Positions 28,867 to 40,751 of a stretch of 64,000 nt of DNA are shown piece after piece. Made by a program: the position numbers and the translations under genes. The notes under the pieces were generated by a model. It did not search any database. It was given only the letters and a program-made list of their open reading frames with translations, and was not told the DNA's origin. The stretch covers positions 496,001-560,000 of the forward strand of contig JAHLTZ010000010.1 of the NCBI GenBank assembly GCA_025786725.1, read 5' to 3'. Position 1 is the stretch's first letter; each line of letters begins with the position of its first letter. Origin of the DNA: Syncephalis fuscata S228. Lineage: Eukaryota; Fungi; Zoopagomycota.

Positions 28867-31800
28867 ATGTTTGTGCATATATGTGCCAAATTGAGGTAAA
28901 CCATTTAAAAAGCAATATTTATCCATAGCTAATGAAGTGTATTAGAATCTTTTATAACATAATTATCATGTAAGTTGCTTATAGAAATTTAGTAATATTT
29001 GTTAATCAAACTGATGCTAGGCTTATTATTGTCGCTTTTCCACTAGCCTCTGTGCTTCTTTCAATAATACTATTGAGCCTTGCCTGGTTAAGTGGTTTAA
29101 CTCGTCGTAGCACGCCCTGGTTATTTTTATCGCATGACGCGTCTTACACTGATAGCTGTTCCAGCAGCACTAATGGTTCAGATGTCGGAGAAGTGAAATT
29201 TTTTGAAGAGAAATCTGTTGCAACAAAGCATGATCATTTAGCCAAAGTGTTTACTGCAGTTCGTAAGCGTAATATTCTGGCCGACGCGTTTATGTTGATG
29301 GGTGGTTCCGTTTCCTTTTTTGCATCTGTTTGGGAATGTTATAAATTGATTAATGCTACAGAAATTTCACAAGCATACTGGAAGCAAATTATTGCTGGCA
29401 ACATTATTTGTTGGGTAAGTGTTTGAATTTAATGATAGTATTAATTAATTTGTATTTTAATTTTATATGATTTCTATAGCTGTACATTACAGCAATATCA
29501 ATTGTACGACTACGTCACAAGATAACCAAGTTGTTACTAAGTCTTAGATTTCACCAACTATTTTTGATCGTTGTTGCATATGCATCCTTATTTTTGGGCC
29601 ATGTTTGGCACCAGCGCCAGCTGATAATAACTGGACAACTGGAATGGTCGTCCAGTGCCGCTTTGTTAATGGTGGGAATGCAATTTGCTTTGCTTGGTGC
29701 TTTTCTATCTCAAGGTGTAGCGAAAGAAGCTTCTTCAGGTCGTATCGTGACCTTAGAGAATATTGCATCAATACTGGATTGCATCCTATTTACTTGGATT
29801 GGACCACTACTTTCAATAGGTGCTAAAAGACGTTTGGAAGATTGTGACATGTGGGATTTACCCAAACGAGAGCAAGCAAATATTATTTCACATATATATA
29901 GGAGAATATCGTAAGCAGCTATAAAACAGTCATTTAATAATGCAAATAACTTATATTTTCAAAATAAGATGCCACTCAATTTTGCGAGGCATTATATTAG
30001 TAAGCCGGTTTGATATTGCTTGCCAAGTGGCATTTGCTGTTCTATGGAGCGGTTCGCTATACGCAATACCATACTTCATGTACTGCTTATTATCCAATAT
30101 TGCCAATCCCGATGAAATATCCACTGTATTGCCATGGGTGTATATGATCGGCATGCTATTGGCAATGATTAGTTCGGGGATTTTCTACCAACAGGCTCAT
30201 TTTATTGGTCAACGTCTTCGTGTGCGAAGCAGAACACTTATCATGGATCAGCTTTTTCAGAAATGTTTAAATAAGCCGCCGTGCAATCCACAAAGCTCTA
30301 TACCAATTCACGATAAATCTACCGAAGCATCTACCGTTGATCCAAGCTATAATTCACAGCTTTTATCCTGGGATGCTGACATCATCACCTGTATGATAAA
30401 AACTGAAACGGAAGATATTTCTGAGGCGCTAGGCAACATCCATACTGGAGTTGGCGGTGTCATTCAGATTATACTAGCTGCTATTTTTCTATGGAATCTT
30501 ATAGGCACTTCAATGCTATTCGGTCTGGCAGGGATTTGTGTGATTACTGCATTCATTGGTATTTTAAGTATTGTTATGACAAGAATATACAGTAATTTAT
30601 TAACAGCAACAAATAATCGCAAGATTTGCGTTCAAGAGGTATTTAGCTATTGATTCGTATAATTTCTTATGTCTAATGCAATAACAGGCGCTTCGCAATA
30701 TATATAATATAAGATTATTGGCATGGGAGAAACTTATTCTACGTAAAATAAACCAAGCACGTAATGAAGAACTGGATGCCTTGTGGCATCGTCAACTGAC
30801 CTATGCCGGATTCATTATGGCAACTAGAGGTGGCCCAGCAATAATTGGTAGCTGTGCTCTAGGCGGATATACTTTATTTTTGCAACAAAAACTTGATGCA
30901 TCGACTGCTTTCACGTGCTTAATTTTGTTTGAATTGCTAGCATCGGCCATCATTCAGCTACCTGATATTATCTATTGGTGCTCTCAGTGCGGTGCAAGTA
31001 ACAAGAAAATTACTGCATTTTTATCTCAACAGGAAACAATGGATGTTGCAATGAGCGACTATATGGATATTAGAGAAAGAAACGATCGAGTTGCCATCTC
31101 TGACGGAGAGTTTAGTTGGTATCAACAAGAAGAAATTGAATGGAACATAGAAAGTGGTGTGGTAATCACACGAACTAACTTTAGTTTGACCAGTATTCAT
31201 ATTGAATTTAAATTAAATAAACTTAATATTATTACTGGTGGGCCAAGCAGCGGCAAAACCTCACTACTAATGGCTCTGCTTGATGGTAAGTACATTTAGC
31301 AATAATAAAAGGCAAAGGCTCATGTAACTTTGCGCACATAGAAATGCCACGCAATTCAGGAACTGTCTTTCTTCCAAAGAACAGACGTGTTTATGAAAAC
31401 TATGGAACACCCAATAGCAGCATAGCATTCGTTGCTCAAAAGCCATGGATACGCAATGCATCTATTCGAGACAACATTTTATTTGGTAGACTATATGATG
31501 AAATCAGATATACTCAGGTTCTACAAGCATGCGCACTTGAATTCGATATCGATAATTTATACGCAGGAGATGAGACAATTTTGGGCGATAATGGTATCAA
31601 ATTGCTACTATCCCAAGAACAACGTATATCCTTGGCTCGTGCTGTATACAGCCAGGCTAAACATTTAATTATCGACGACTGTTTTACAGCATTGGAACCA
31701 GCACTATTTGAGCATATTGCAAATAACTGCTTGCTTGGCCCTTTAATGTGTGATCGTACATGTATTCTAGTAACAAATCAACTAGAACTTTTTGAACAAA

Positions 31801-34198
31801 CTGCTGTGTTTGCAGTATTATTAAAAAGTGGACATGTTGCTGCCAAAGGACCGCCAATGATGGTGCTGGAACACATGAAAAACATGAAGACTACACCCTT
31901 TGATATAGTGGATGGGTTAAGTTTGCGATCAGCCGATAGCGTTGTGGTAGTCGACTATCCTATCTATAGTGTTGCTCGAAAGGCCGATAATATACCGAAA
32001 GAAAAAGCCGTTCAGCCTGAAGAGGTGCCGACTCCTAATACGGCACTCGATAAGAAATGTATTACTAGCTACAAGATGTATTTAAGCGCTGCTGGCTCTA
32101 TAAATTCTTGGATATTTGCACTCATACTAGTATTAATATGTCAAGCAGCCATTATTTATCAACTATACTGGCTACGTATATGGGTCACCGATGTAGACAA
32201 TAATCAGCATTCTAAGTTTTATTTTGGTATTTATGCTTTACTTACAGCAACCTCGGTGATGGCAATTGGTATACCAGCAGCTTATTTATATGCAATGGGA
32301 ATCAAGACAGGCGAAACGATGCATAATAGACTAATTAGCAGTATTATGCATGCCAATATGAAGCTATTTGATACAACGCCAGTTGATGTATTGTTGCGTC
32401 GTTTATTTCAACAATCAATTGTTGTTGATCAAGAGTTGCCTATTAATATTACATCTCTTGTTGGCAGTGTTGTAACATTTCTTGGTTATTTAGTTGTGGC
32501 CATCATAGCTGTTCCAGTATTTACGCCTGTTGCGCTGCTTTTAGGTAAGTTAATAGCTGTTTCTTTATCGGCCAACAACATTGACTATTTTCAAATAGTT
32601 GTATGGCATTACTATGCTGCTAGATATTATTTAAGAACATCATATTATTTAAAGAAATTAACAGTTAATTTTAAAAGCGATTTTTTATTGCTATTAAATG
32701 AAGTACTAAGGTATTCAAGATAGCAGTAATATATTTATTGTATTAATCTAAAGCTTAATAGAGATCCTGTGACTATTCGAGTATCGGGAATACAGGAACG
32801 GCTTACAGCAGAGGGAGAAAGATTAATTGATGCCATGAGTCGGCCAGCCTATTTACAAGCTGCAGCCAGTCAGTGGATGTTGAATCAGGCTCGTATGGCT
32901 TCCGTATTTGCTGTATGGTCAACTATATCGCTGATGTTGTTATCATTGGACACAATTGATGCAAGTCTTTTTGGATTTGTTGTTGTATGCATGCTAATAC
33001 CCAGCCTCTCTATTAATGTAAGTAATAGTTGCTATGGAAAATCTGCCATTTACACAATCACTACAGGGCATGATTGAACATATGACCAAGGTCGGGGAAG
33101 ATACAAGAGCGATAAAGTTTATTGCAAAGTATTTGCAGATTACCCAAGAATCAGCAAAAAATACAGGTGCTATTAGCCTTTCAGTACATGTAGGTATTTT
33201 AGAATAAGTAGACAGTTATAATTTACACAGTTATTAGTGGCCAAATCAAGGAGCTATTGAGATTCAAACGCTTTCATCAATGAAAACCGGCAATTCTTAT
33301 CTGCCAGTCCATTCTTTATCTATATCAATTGGTTCAGGTGAACGAGTTGGTATTTATGGACGAACCAGTAAGTTATTGCTATTTATTATTACCATCGTCA
33401 TTGCCATTATTAACATATAGTTAGGCACTGAACGATTTAGCCTTCCTGCTGCCCTACTTAGGCTGATTGAGAGCAGTGACGGACATTTATTTATTGATGG
33501 TGTTGACATTAGTAAAGTTTCACTTTATGATCTGCGATCACGAGTAACGTTTATTTCAAACAAACCGATCCTACTTAGTGGCACACTTCGCAGTAATCTT
33601 GATCCATTTGGTAGACACGAAGATACCACCATATGCGATGTGCTTTACCGCTGCCATTTGATCAACGATGATGAAAGCGCTGTGTTATCACGGGACTTGA
33701 GAAATCTGGATTTGGAAGTGGAGGAAAACGATCCTAAATTTAGTATGTCCGAACGAAGACTACTTGCAGTGGCCCAAGCTATTTTACGCAATAATAAAGT
33801 AAGCGGAATTCAACTATTGCATACCGGCCTATGCTAATGATTACTACAGGTGGTTATTGTTGATGAATCAATGACTGATGACCCAGATACGGATGCACAA
33901 TTACAACAAATTGTTCATAGCGAATTTAAAAATGCTACTATGCTGTTGATTTCACCTCAGCCGCATCTGGCAGTTGATTATGACCATATCCTTGTATTTG
34001 GTAAGTTTAATTGCTGTTTATATTTGCATTATACAATTACTAATAAACAATTCAGATGAAGATCGTCCAGCAGAGTGGGATACACCGGCCAATCTTATCT
34101 ATAGACAAAATAGTAATTTCCATGCTATTTGTCAGCGATTTGGTGACATTGAACTACTTAAAGCGATGGCTTTAAACAAGCCTAAACCAATGAAATAG
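28867..34198 (+). CDS. ABCC/MRP-type full-size ABC transporter (Ybt1/Bpt1-like) with degenerate nucleotide-binding domains; many introns; start uncertain
   Basis: TMD-NBD-TMD-NBD layout; motifs GGPSSGKTS, AQKPWIRNASIRDNILFG, RISLARAVY and LSGTLRSNLDPF. Confidence 0.85.
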
Positions 34199-34248
34199 CA
34201 GTTATTACAATAAACTATTGTCAAATTGGTAATGAAAGCGTGTTTTAT

Positions 34249-35106
34249 TTATTTTGAGTTCAATGAATCAAGCATTGCTTTGGCCACTCCAGAAGAGCTA
34301 TTGGGGTTCTGACCCGTAACTAAACGGGTGTTTTGACCAACTACATGTTCTCCCCAAGGCTCGGATGCCTTGGAGTAAGAGGCGCCATGATCGCGTAACA
34401 GATCCTCTAGCATGAATGGCATAACAGAGCTTAAACCTATCATCATTATTGATTAACATAAGTTTAATTGTAATTAATCGATTACTTACCAACAGCGTCT
34501 TCTTCAGCATTGCTGAAGCCTGTGACGTTGTGTTCAGCTACCAAGTAGTTGCCATTCGACAGTTTAACATTTACGATACCGGCCGGACCATGGCAAACAG
34601 CGCCGATCACACCACCTTGTTCGTATACCTTGCGTACAATGTTGGCAGATAGTTCGTTTTCAGCAAGGTCAAACATGGGTCCTATTTACAATAATGGTAG
34701 TCAATGGGTACACAACAGATTTAGATAAGTATGGCGATAGAACAATGTCATCTAGCTTACCGTGACCACCAGGGAAGAAAACACCACTTAAATTACTAAT
34801 ATCCTCATCAGTGATACTTGATAGGTATTCGGTATTTTCGATGGATGCTACAACCGAAGCATTTTCCAAAAACTTGGCGCAAATAGGATCATCGCGGAAA
34901 GCCTCCACAGAGCTTGGATCCACTGGTGATTTACCGCCCTTGGGCGTTACAAAGCGAATACGATACTCTTTAGACAGTACTTCGTAAGGATGGGCCAATT
35001 CAGGTAAATAGAAGCCAGTTGGTTTGCCAGTATTTCCCAATTGACTGTGCGAGGTGAGGACAAATAGAACAGTGCCTTTGGGGGCGGTACCTGTGCTGGA
35101 CGACAT
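34249..35106 (-). CDS. DJ-1/PfpI family protein (Hsp31-like glyoxalase III), 3 exons
   Basis: Motifs TGFYLPELAHPY, PGGHG, MFDLA, GAVCHGPAG (nucleophile Cys) and LVTGQNPNS. Confidence 0.92.
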
Positions 35107-35878
35107 ATTGTTTAATTGGTGGTTGTGCAATAGTAGCAATAGCTATCAGCAAAAATAAGCAAAGAAGAATAAACGACAGAATTGATGGTTCAGATCAAAA
35201 GAGAGAAGCTATGTAGGATAAATAATGGGCGTTAACACTGTGCGGTTTTAAAGAAAACTGAACCATTGATGACGTGTCTATAAGGCGGCGTTTCAAGTGA
35301 ATCGTATCACCTTCAAATCAATGCTGACAAATGGATGAAGTTTGGGCAAATAGTTCTTTTTTTTAATGTCAAAATACCGAAATCATATTGCGTAGTGCTA
35401 TGCCACCAGTGTCATTTAAAAGATATTAGTAATTATAGATGACAAATATGAGTAGAACTGTCAGCTTTATTGTAGTGTCTAATCTATCGATACAATTGGA
35501 GTTAAATAAATAATTTGATTTCTAACTACATTGTTTTAAATTTACACCTATTGTTAGTATAATATTATCAATTTATTATTAGATTGATTTAATTTACTCG
35601 ATAAAATTATCGTTTGCCGTTGATACAGTTTTAAAAAATTGAATAACAGCATACGAATGACTGGTAACACCGTAACAGGCAAGTCCTACAGCGTTCCAAA
35701 AGATAAGTGTTTTACTATACCTAATAAACCAAATCCAATTCAGTTAGTAATGAGGCCTTTGCCATCATTATTGCAACTGAGTGAGAATACAGTTTCCATT
35801 TGCTTTGGTTGGCATTCTTTTCGTTTATCTTAGCTGGCTCGTTGGTTATTTATCCTGTTCAGTAATCTCAACTGTAAT

Positions 35879-37712
35879 ATGTTGCCTAAAATACCTATTC
35901 AACCGCTGCCACAGCTGTTGGGTATACCAGAAAGTACATTACGATTACTTATCGTATTATTATCGGCGTATCCTGCCGCTTATCTGTATCGCGTATGGGC
36001 ACTGCCTCGATGGTCAAACCAGCCTAACGCGCTTAATGCTTATCACGCTTTTGTTGGCCTTTTATTCTCCTACTTCTTCTGCGATACTGATATAGTCCAT
36101 TCGCTGGCCACAGTGTTTGCCACGTATTTTATTAGCGTAGCTCTAGCTCCGCGTAGCCCGAACCTAGCCAATGGTTTAATATTTACCGTTAATATGGGCT
36201 ATCTTCTTTGGGGCTACTATTACAAGCAGACTATAGACTACGACCTCGGATGGACCTGTCCACAGTGTGTCCTCTGTCTAAAACTGATCGGCTATGGTGC
36301 TGATGTTTGCGATGGCCAAGCGGCTCGTTTACGCGCCAAAAAAGCCGCCAATGAGAAGGTAATTGATAAGAAGCAACAAGAAGATAGCAATGCTGCTATT
36401 ACTGCCGATGTTACACTGCCGTTAAAAATATTTGACGATGCTACAAGCGTAGTAACAGAAGTGCCGTCATTTTTACGTCTACTCGGTTTTTCCTATCATC
36501 CAACCACCTTCCTAGTAGGACCACAACTTACTTTTGCATATTATGACGGTGCTCTTAAGCGAGGTGTTCGAGGTGCACAAGATCCAGTTGAAGAGGCAGC
36601 CATTCGTAGCGCGAAGAATGGTGCTAAGCGTCCTTTCTTAAATGGACGTGACTTACGTGCATTACGTTGTTTTTCTCTATCTCTCTTGTATATGATCGGT
36701 ACACAGCTTGCCGGTGCACTCTTACCGATCAAGGTTATGATAACACCAGAAGCTGAGAATTGGAGTATGCTTTATCGCATTACTTACATGGCCATTTCTC
36801 TTAAAGGCGTTCTAATGCGGGTCGGTAGTGATAAAAAGCAGCTATTCTATTTATTGAACTTTATTTTACAATTTTCGCTCTAGTATCTAGGCGTGTGGCT
36901 TATGAGTGAAGGCGCGTGCGTGCTAAGTGGTCTCGGCTACAATGGCATTAGTGCTACGGGTGCTTCGCTATGGGATGGGCTAGCCAATGTCTATCCGGTA
37001 AGTTTTTACTTGCTTTAGTCTGCACTTTTTAAATTATGTTGGATAGGGTCACTTTGAACTTGCCACGCAGTTGACCACTATTGTTGTATCATTCAACGTT
37101 AATACGAATCGTTGGGTAAAGCGTTATATTTTTAAACGATTACGATTTTTGGGCAATAAGCATATATCGTCATTTGCTGCACTATTCTTCCTAGCTATTT
37201 GGCATGGACTTCACCCCGGCTATTTTTTAACATTCGGCATGGAATTTTTGGACATGGAAGCAGAACGACGTGTTGCCATACTATGGCGACGTGCTACTGG
37301 CGGCAAGCCACTAAATTCTGGTCTATTTTCCATATTCTTGTCGATTATCGGCTGGCTCTGGGTCTGTCTTCAGTTGACCTATGGGCTGGTAACGATGGAG
37401 CTGCTTATCCTGGAACGCGGCATGCTATTATGGAGCCGTGTTGGCTTCTTTGGCTTTTGGCTTTCTATGGGCATGATTATATTTACTATTGTCATCAATA
37501 TAGCCTTCCGTCCTAGCCGACGACCAGCCACCATTACTACGGTTGTATCAGAGAAAGCACCCGCTACACAGCAGCTAGCAACGGATACTAATGTCAAAGA
37601 GCGACGTGCATCAGTTCTTGAGGAAATTGACGAATTGACAACGACTGCCGATAAAGTAGCCGCTAAATTTAATGAAATTTTAAAGGAAGAACCATCAATG
37701 CCCATTGAATAA
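35879..37712 (+). CDS. ALE1: MBOAT lysophospholipid acyltransferase (Ale1/LPCAT-like), 3 exons
   Basis: Motifs PQCVLCLKL, FLVGPQ, WDGLANV, FNVNTNRWVKRYIFKRL and AIWHGLHPGY. Confidence 0.85.
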
Positions 37713-37767
37713 CGACTAGCCATTTCCTTTAAAGCTTTCATTTTAATAAACCATTTATTATAATAAA

Positions 37768-38880
37768 TCAATCCTTAAGTTTACGTGATCGATGGATCAA
37801 TGGCTGGATTTGAATTTCATTACTAGCTGCTGTAAAGGGCAGTAATACTTTGCCGCCCATCTCTTGTACCTCCCAGTCATGATCTAGTAGTAGAAATTGA
37901 TACCACCAAATAACAAGGGGCACAGTGGCGGCATGCCATAGCGAATGAGCATCAATGGCCCAAAGAATGGGTGGAAAATCAAATAATTCAAGACACATGG
38001 CCAGTGTTATGTAAATACAAAGTGCCGTGGCTCTCCAAGCATATGGGCGTGATTTCCAGTGACGAATCGACCATCCAAACCAAAGAATATTATGCATTAG
38101 ACCGACTAGGGCACAAGCAGTCATATTATATGAATAGTTGAATCGAGGTCGTAAACTAAGATAAGTGACATGAGCAAAATAGCAGCTAACGCAAATCATC
38201 ATAATGATAAGATGTATAAGCGGCGATCGAATACGCCAAACACGTCTTACGACCAAGTAAAGACTGTAAAGAATGCCGAGAGCCGCCGAGAAATAGTCAA
38301 GCTTTTCAGTAAATGGATTATCTCGTGTATGGAATACAGCTGACCATAACCAAATATTAATGCCAACAATCGAATAGATAATAAGATCTTTACGCATGTA
38401 ATACTGTGTTGATATTCGTTCAACGAGACGTGGTAAATACCTCCAGTGACCATAGCCGTTCAGTATACTGAATATAACCGACGCCGGCTCCTGCATTCCT
38501 AGAATACGTGTAAATGGCCACTTTCCATAATACTGTAATACTGGCTCTCCCCGTTCTACTCGTGCAGCGGTAATTGTGTGCTGACACTGATAGCGACAGT
38601 CATCCGGACAGGTCCAACGTAAGGCGCGTAAATACCACGGAAGTGGATTGATCTCAATAACTGTATCGGCTACTTTACGCTCGCATTCCTTTCGTTTGCA
38701 CAGTTCGACGCAAGCTTGATACTCTGGGGCAATGTCACCAAGAGAAGCCTCGACCAGTAGTGACGGCGGTGCCACTAACGAGACTATTACCAGTGTTGCA
38801 ATGAAACCAAATAGTATATTTTTAATAAAGGATCGATTTGACGATCGATAAACACGAGTATTTAAAACGATTATATTCAT
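37768..38880 (-). CDS. PER1: GPI-anchor remodelling protein Per1/PGAP3
   Basis: Motifs ASLGD, WTCPDDCRYQC, QYYGKWPF.R..GMQEPAS, VFHTRD..TEKLDY and DAHSLWH. Confidence 0.93.
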   Translation of the reverse strand: MNIIVLNTRVYRSSNRSFIKNILFGFIATLVIVSLVAPPSLLVEASLGDIAPEYQACVELCKRKECERKVADTVIEINPLPWYLRALRWTCPDDCRYQCQHTITAARVERGEPVLQYYGKWPFTRILGMQEPASVIFSILNGYGHWRYLPRLVERISTQYYMRKDLIIYSIVGINIWLWSAVFHTRDNPFTEKLDYFSAALGILYSLYLVVRRVWRIRSPLIHLIIMMICVSCYFAHVTYLSLRPRFNYSYNMTACALVGLMHNILWFGWSIRHWKSRPYAWRATALCIYITLAMCLELFDFPPILWAIDAHSLWHAATVPLVIWWYQFLLLDHDWEVQEMGGKVLLPFTAASNEIQIQPLIHRSRKLKD

Positions 38881-40751
38881 TGTACTACAACTTGTATAGA
38901 GAATAAAAGGTAAAGGAGGTTGGTAATTGAACAAGAATCATTAACAGTACTAATAAAGGAGAATATGCCTTAATATCGGCAAGTGATTAACCGTTAACGT
39001 GTGTCATAGCAATTAGCATTTAAATGCTACTGAATAATTTTTACTGTAAAATCATTGTAATTAACCAATAGTACCTACTGTAAAAATATCAATGCCATAT
39101 AACAACTTGATGGTCTTTATTTGACAATAATTAGTCTATTCACATATTTTTATGTGCACTTTCATTTAGTCATTTAATCTAAATTTTGCTATTATTATAT
39201 GTGCTGTATCATTTATTAGTAAAAAAGCATATTTATTTCTACGAGTATTAGACAATCTATTAACAAGCTAATATGATTTGGAAATAAAATGGCTAAATTT
39301 AATAACATTCGCGCAATTAAACTAGACATGCGTTCTATTGAAGATAAAACTGAGCGGAGAGAAACATTAATCATCAAAATACTCGTTATTATATACCGAT
39401 TATCATATTATTGTTATGTGTGCACATATTCTCTACACATTCACTTTATTGCTCATTGCATATTCATGATAACACATATATTACATTATAATTAAATTTG
39501 ACTAGCTAATAATAAAATAATACTGGTACAATAATCAATGTTTATTAAGCAAAAAGTAATTAGGTGTATATTTATATTAAAAACATTCTATTGTGCAATA
39601 ACTTGTCCACAGCTAAAGCAATATTGAATGCTAAAAGGGATAGCTTTGATGAAAAATTATAACTCTTGAAGCTGCTACGACATGTGGCCATTGATTTAGA
39701 CTGGTGAGGAGTTGTATGGAATTCACCACTGCCAAATCCCGACTCTGGCCTTTTTCCAATGCAGTTTGATTTGTGCATCTGTGATAAGCCATTTTTGTTA
39801 CTGCCGAATGAGTCATTTGTAAACCAGAATTGCTACCAACTGATATGCCATGCATTGCTACTGTAAGCTCAAGATCGTCCACACATGGCTAAACGATCTA
39901 ATAAGTACATCATAATGGCTTTAGATTGCTTTATGCTTAAATAATCGACACTATTGATATTCGGACTCAATATTTATTATCAAAAATACTACTGTGCAAA
40001 AGGTCGGTAAGCAATTGTTAACGGTCAAGCCAGTATCAACAGTTGGTAGTACATTGCTAAATGAGCTGTTCATTTCCGCAGTCAAGTCGCAGTGTCAAAT
40101 TAAATGGGCGTGTGAACCAATCAGTGTATTTTAATAATTTAAGAAATTCTAGTCAGCTTATGCACGATAGTCTATGTCTTTAAAGGAATACAAATTCAGT
40201 GTGCTAATGCTGCTGTTGCATCTGTGTCTAAGCGCTGTTTGAAATGCATGCTGAATTTGAGCGTTGAAGTTATTGGCGAAAGCAATAGCAAAGACACAGA
40301 AATGCATTATCGTTGCTTCGGTAAAATCAATAAACTAGTTTACGTTGTATAGGTGAATTGTACAGAAATGCAATACAGACAGGCATATAAATTTTAACTG
40401 CATGTGCACTGGACCATTGACACCACTACATCATTTGCATAAATTCCAAACGGGTTGCGGTAAGGCCTGGCTGTACATTGTCATACCATCTACGTATTGG
40501 TATAAGCGTGCGTTAAGTCACATGTGGGATGTTTTATTAGTTACATTGCACCCCAATAGGATAGTCCATAAGCACAGAATACTAGTATCTCAGACTAGCC
40601 AAGTGTTTAAATAGATTACAAAATACATAGGGCTAATTAATAGTATCATCATTACAATCTACTTTCTGCCAAGTATTCGCTGCCATTCACTCTATATCAG
40701 CCACACTATATTGCTCATTTTGTTTGTCTGTTTTAGCAAATCAACATCAAC

